Origin: Podospora anserina
Taxonomy: Eukaryota
Reading direction: 5' to 3'
Length of the DNA: 64,000 nt
Assembly (NCBI GenBank): GCA_017654855.1
Contig: CM030336.1
Coordinates: 1,054,001 to 1,118,000, forward strand
The notes below the pieces were generated by a model. The model was given only the letters and a program-made list of their open reading frames with translations. It was not told the DNA's origin and made no database searches. Within the stretch, counting starts at the first letter, position 1. The number at the start of each line of letters is the position of its first letter. Position numbers and translations under genes: made by a program. This document shows, in pieces, positions 63,380 to 64,000 of this stretch.

Positions 63380-63570
63380 AGTTAAGAGGCTTTATAAGAA
63401 TAGTTAAAGGGCCTGGAAAGATACTTAATAACTAGACCTTTAAATAGTTATAAAGTATTAAAATATAGTTAATGGACCTTAAAAGATAGTGACTAGGCAT
63501 TTAAAGACAGTTAAAAGCCTATTGCTTTACATTTAAAGTATGCTTTGTAATAAGATAGGAGTTAACTTGA
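63380..63570. repeat. Degenerate ~21-bp tandem array related to the element at 10643-10821
   Basis: About 7 units such as AGTTAAAGGGCCTGGAAAGAT, AGTTAATGGACCTTAAAAGAT, AGTGACTAGGCATTTAAAGAC. Confidence 0.65.
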
Positions 63571-64000
63571 CGTATTAGGAAACTGAGATGTGGGGCGACA
63601 CTGGGCCAGCGCTCGATTCCTGGGTGTTACAATTGCAGCGATTACAAAGCCGTCTTACACCTGCATCGCCGGTTGAGGATTCCATTATTTTTGGGGGACC
63701 CTGGGGGAGTGGGGACATCAGGTTCAACATGGTCATGATGTTTGATATGGACATTCGCATTTAGATAACCGGCCTGGACCTCGTGCTGCTGTGGTACCTT
63801 TTGCTGTGCCAATTTATTTTGTGGGGAGCGTAGCAGCGTTCCTTCTCTATCATCTACTGGGACTTAGCAGCCAGGTGTTCGCCTCGTATAAAGTGGCCAA
63901 CCACCCCGCTATGCTTATACCCTAGCTTCATCCGTTATTATCACCGTCGTTTATTTTCATCCATGGCTACCCTACACAGACTCTCCACTGAAATCGTACT

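Noticed and set aside
54600-64000. Possible Starship or other giant mobile element
   Set aside because: No tyrosine-recombinase captain, typical accessory genes or defined boundaries are visible in the window.

Overview
Eukaryotic DNA from a filamentous ascomycete. Short GT-AG introns with CTRAY branch points, HET-domain genes and RIP-mutated repeats suggest Sordariales (Podospora-like; inference). Bases 1-8.6 kb are a nested, RIP-degraded transposon block. It holds a ~344-bp LTR inserted in the leader of a Fot1/pogo DNA transposon, then a complete Ty1/Copia retrotransposon (187-bp LTRs, GCGAC target-site duplication) that splits a host gene remnant. The rest is gene-dense. Apparently intact genes include a flotillin, delta-8 sphingolipid desaturase, intracellular GH13 alpha-amylase, a divergent ammonium transporter, a P450, PalA/Rim20, an MDR oxidoreductase, a CBM52-like secreted protein and two HET-domain genes. 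These are mixed with orphan genes and many pseudogenes (HET, MFS permease, two F-box-like paralogues and others). The most notable leads are two head-to-head pairs of a small 4-TM protein with a putative effector enzyme (a HET domain; an LRAT/PPPDE-like thiol hydrolase), a dispersed MITE-like element built of 21-bp subrepeats, and an atypical Amt and P450. All calls come from reading the sequence; no database searches were run.
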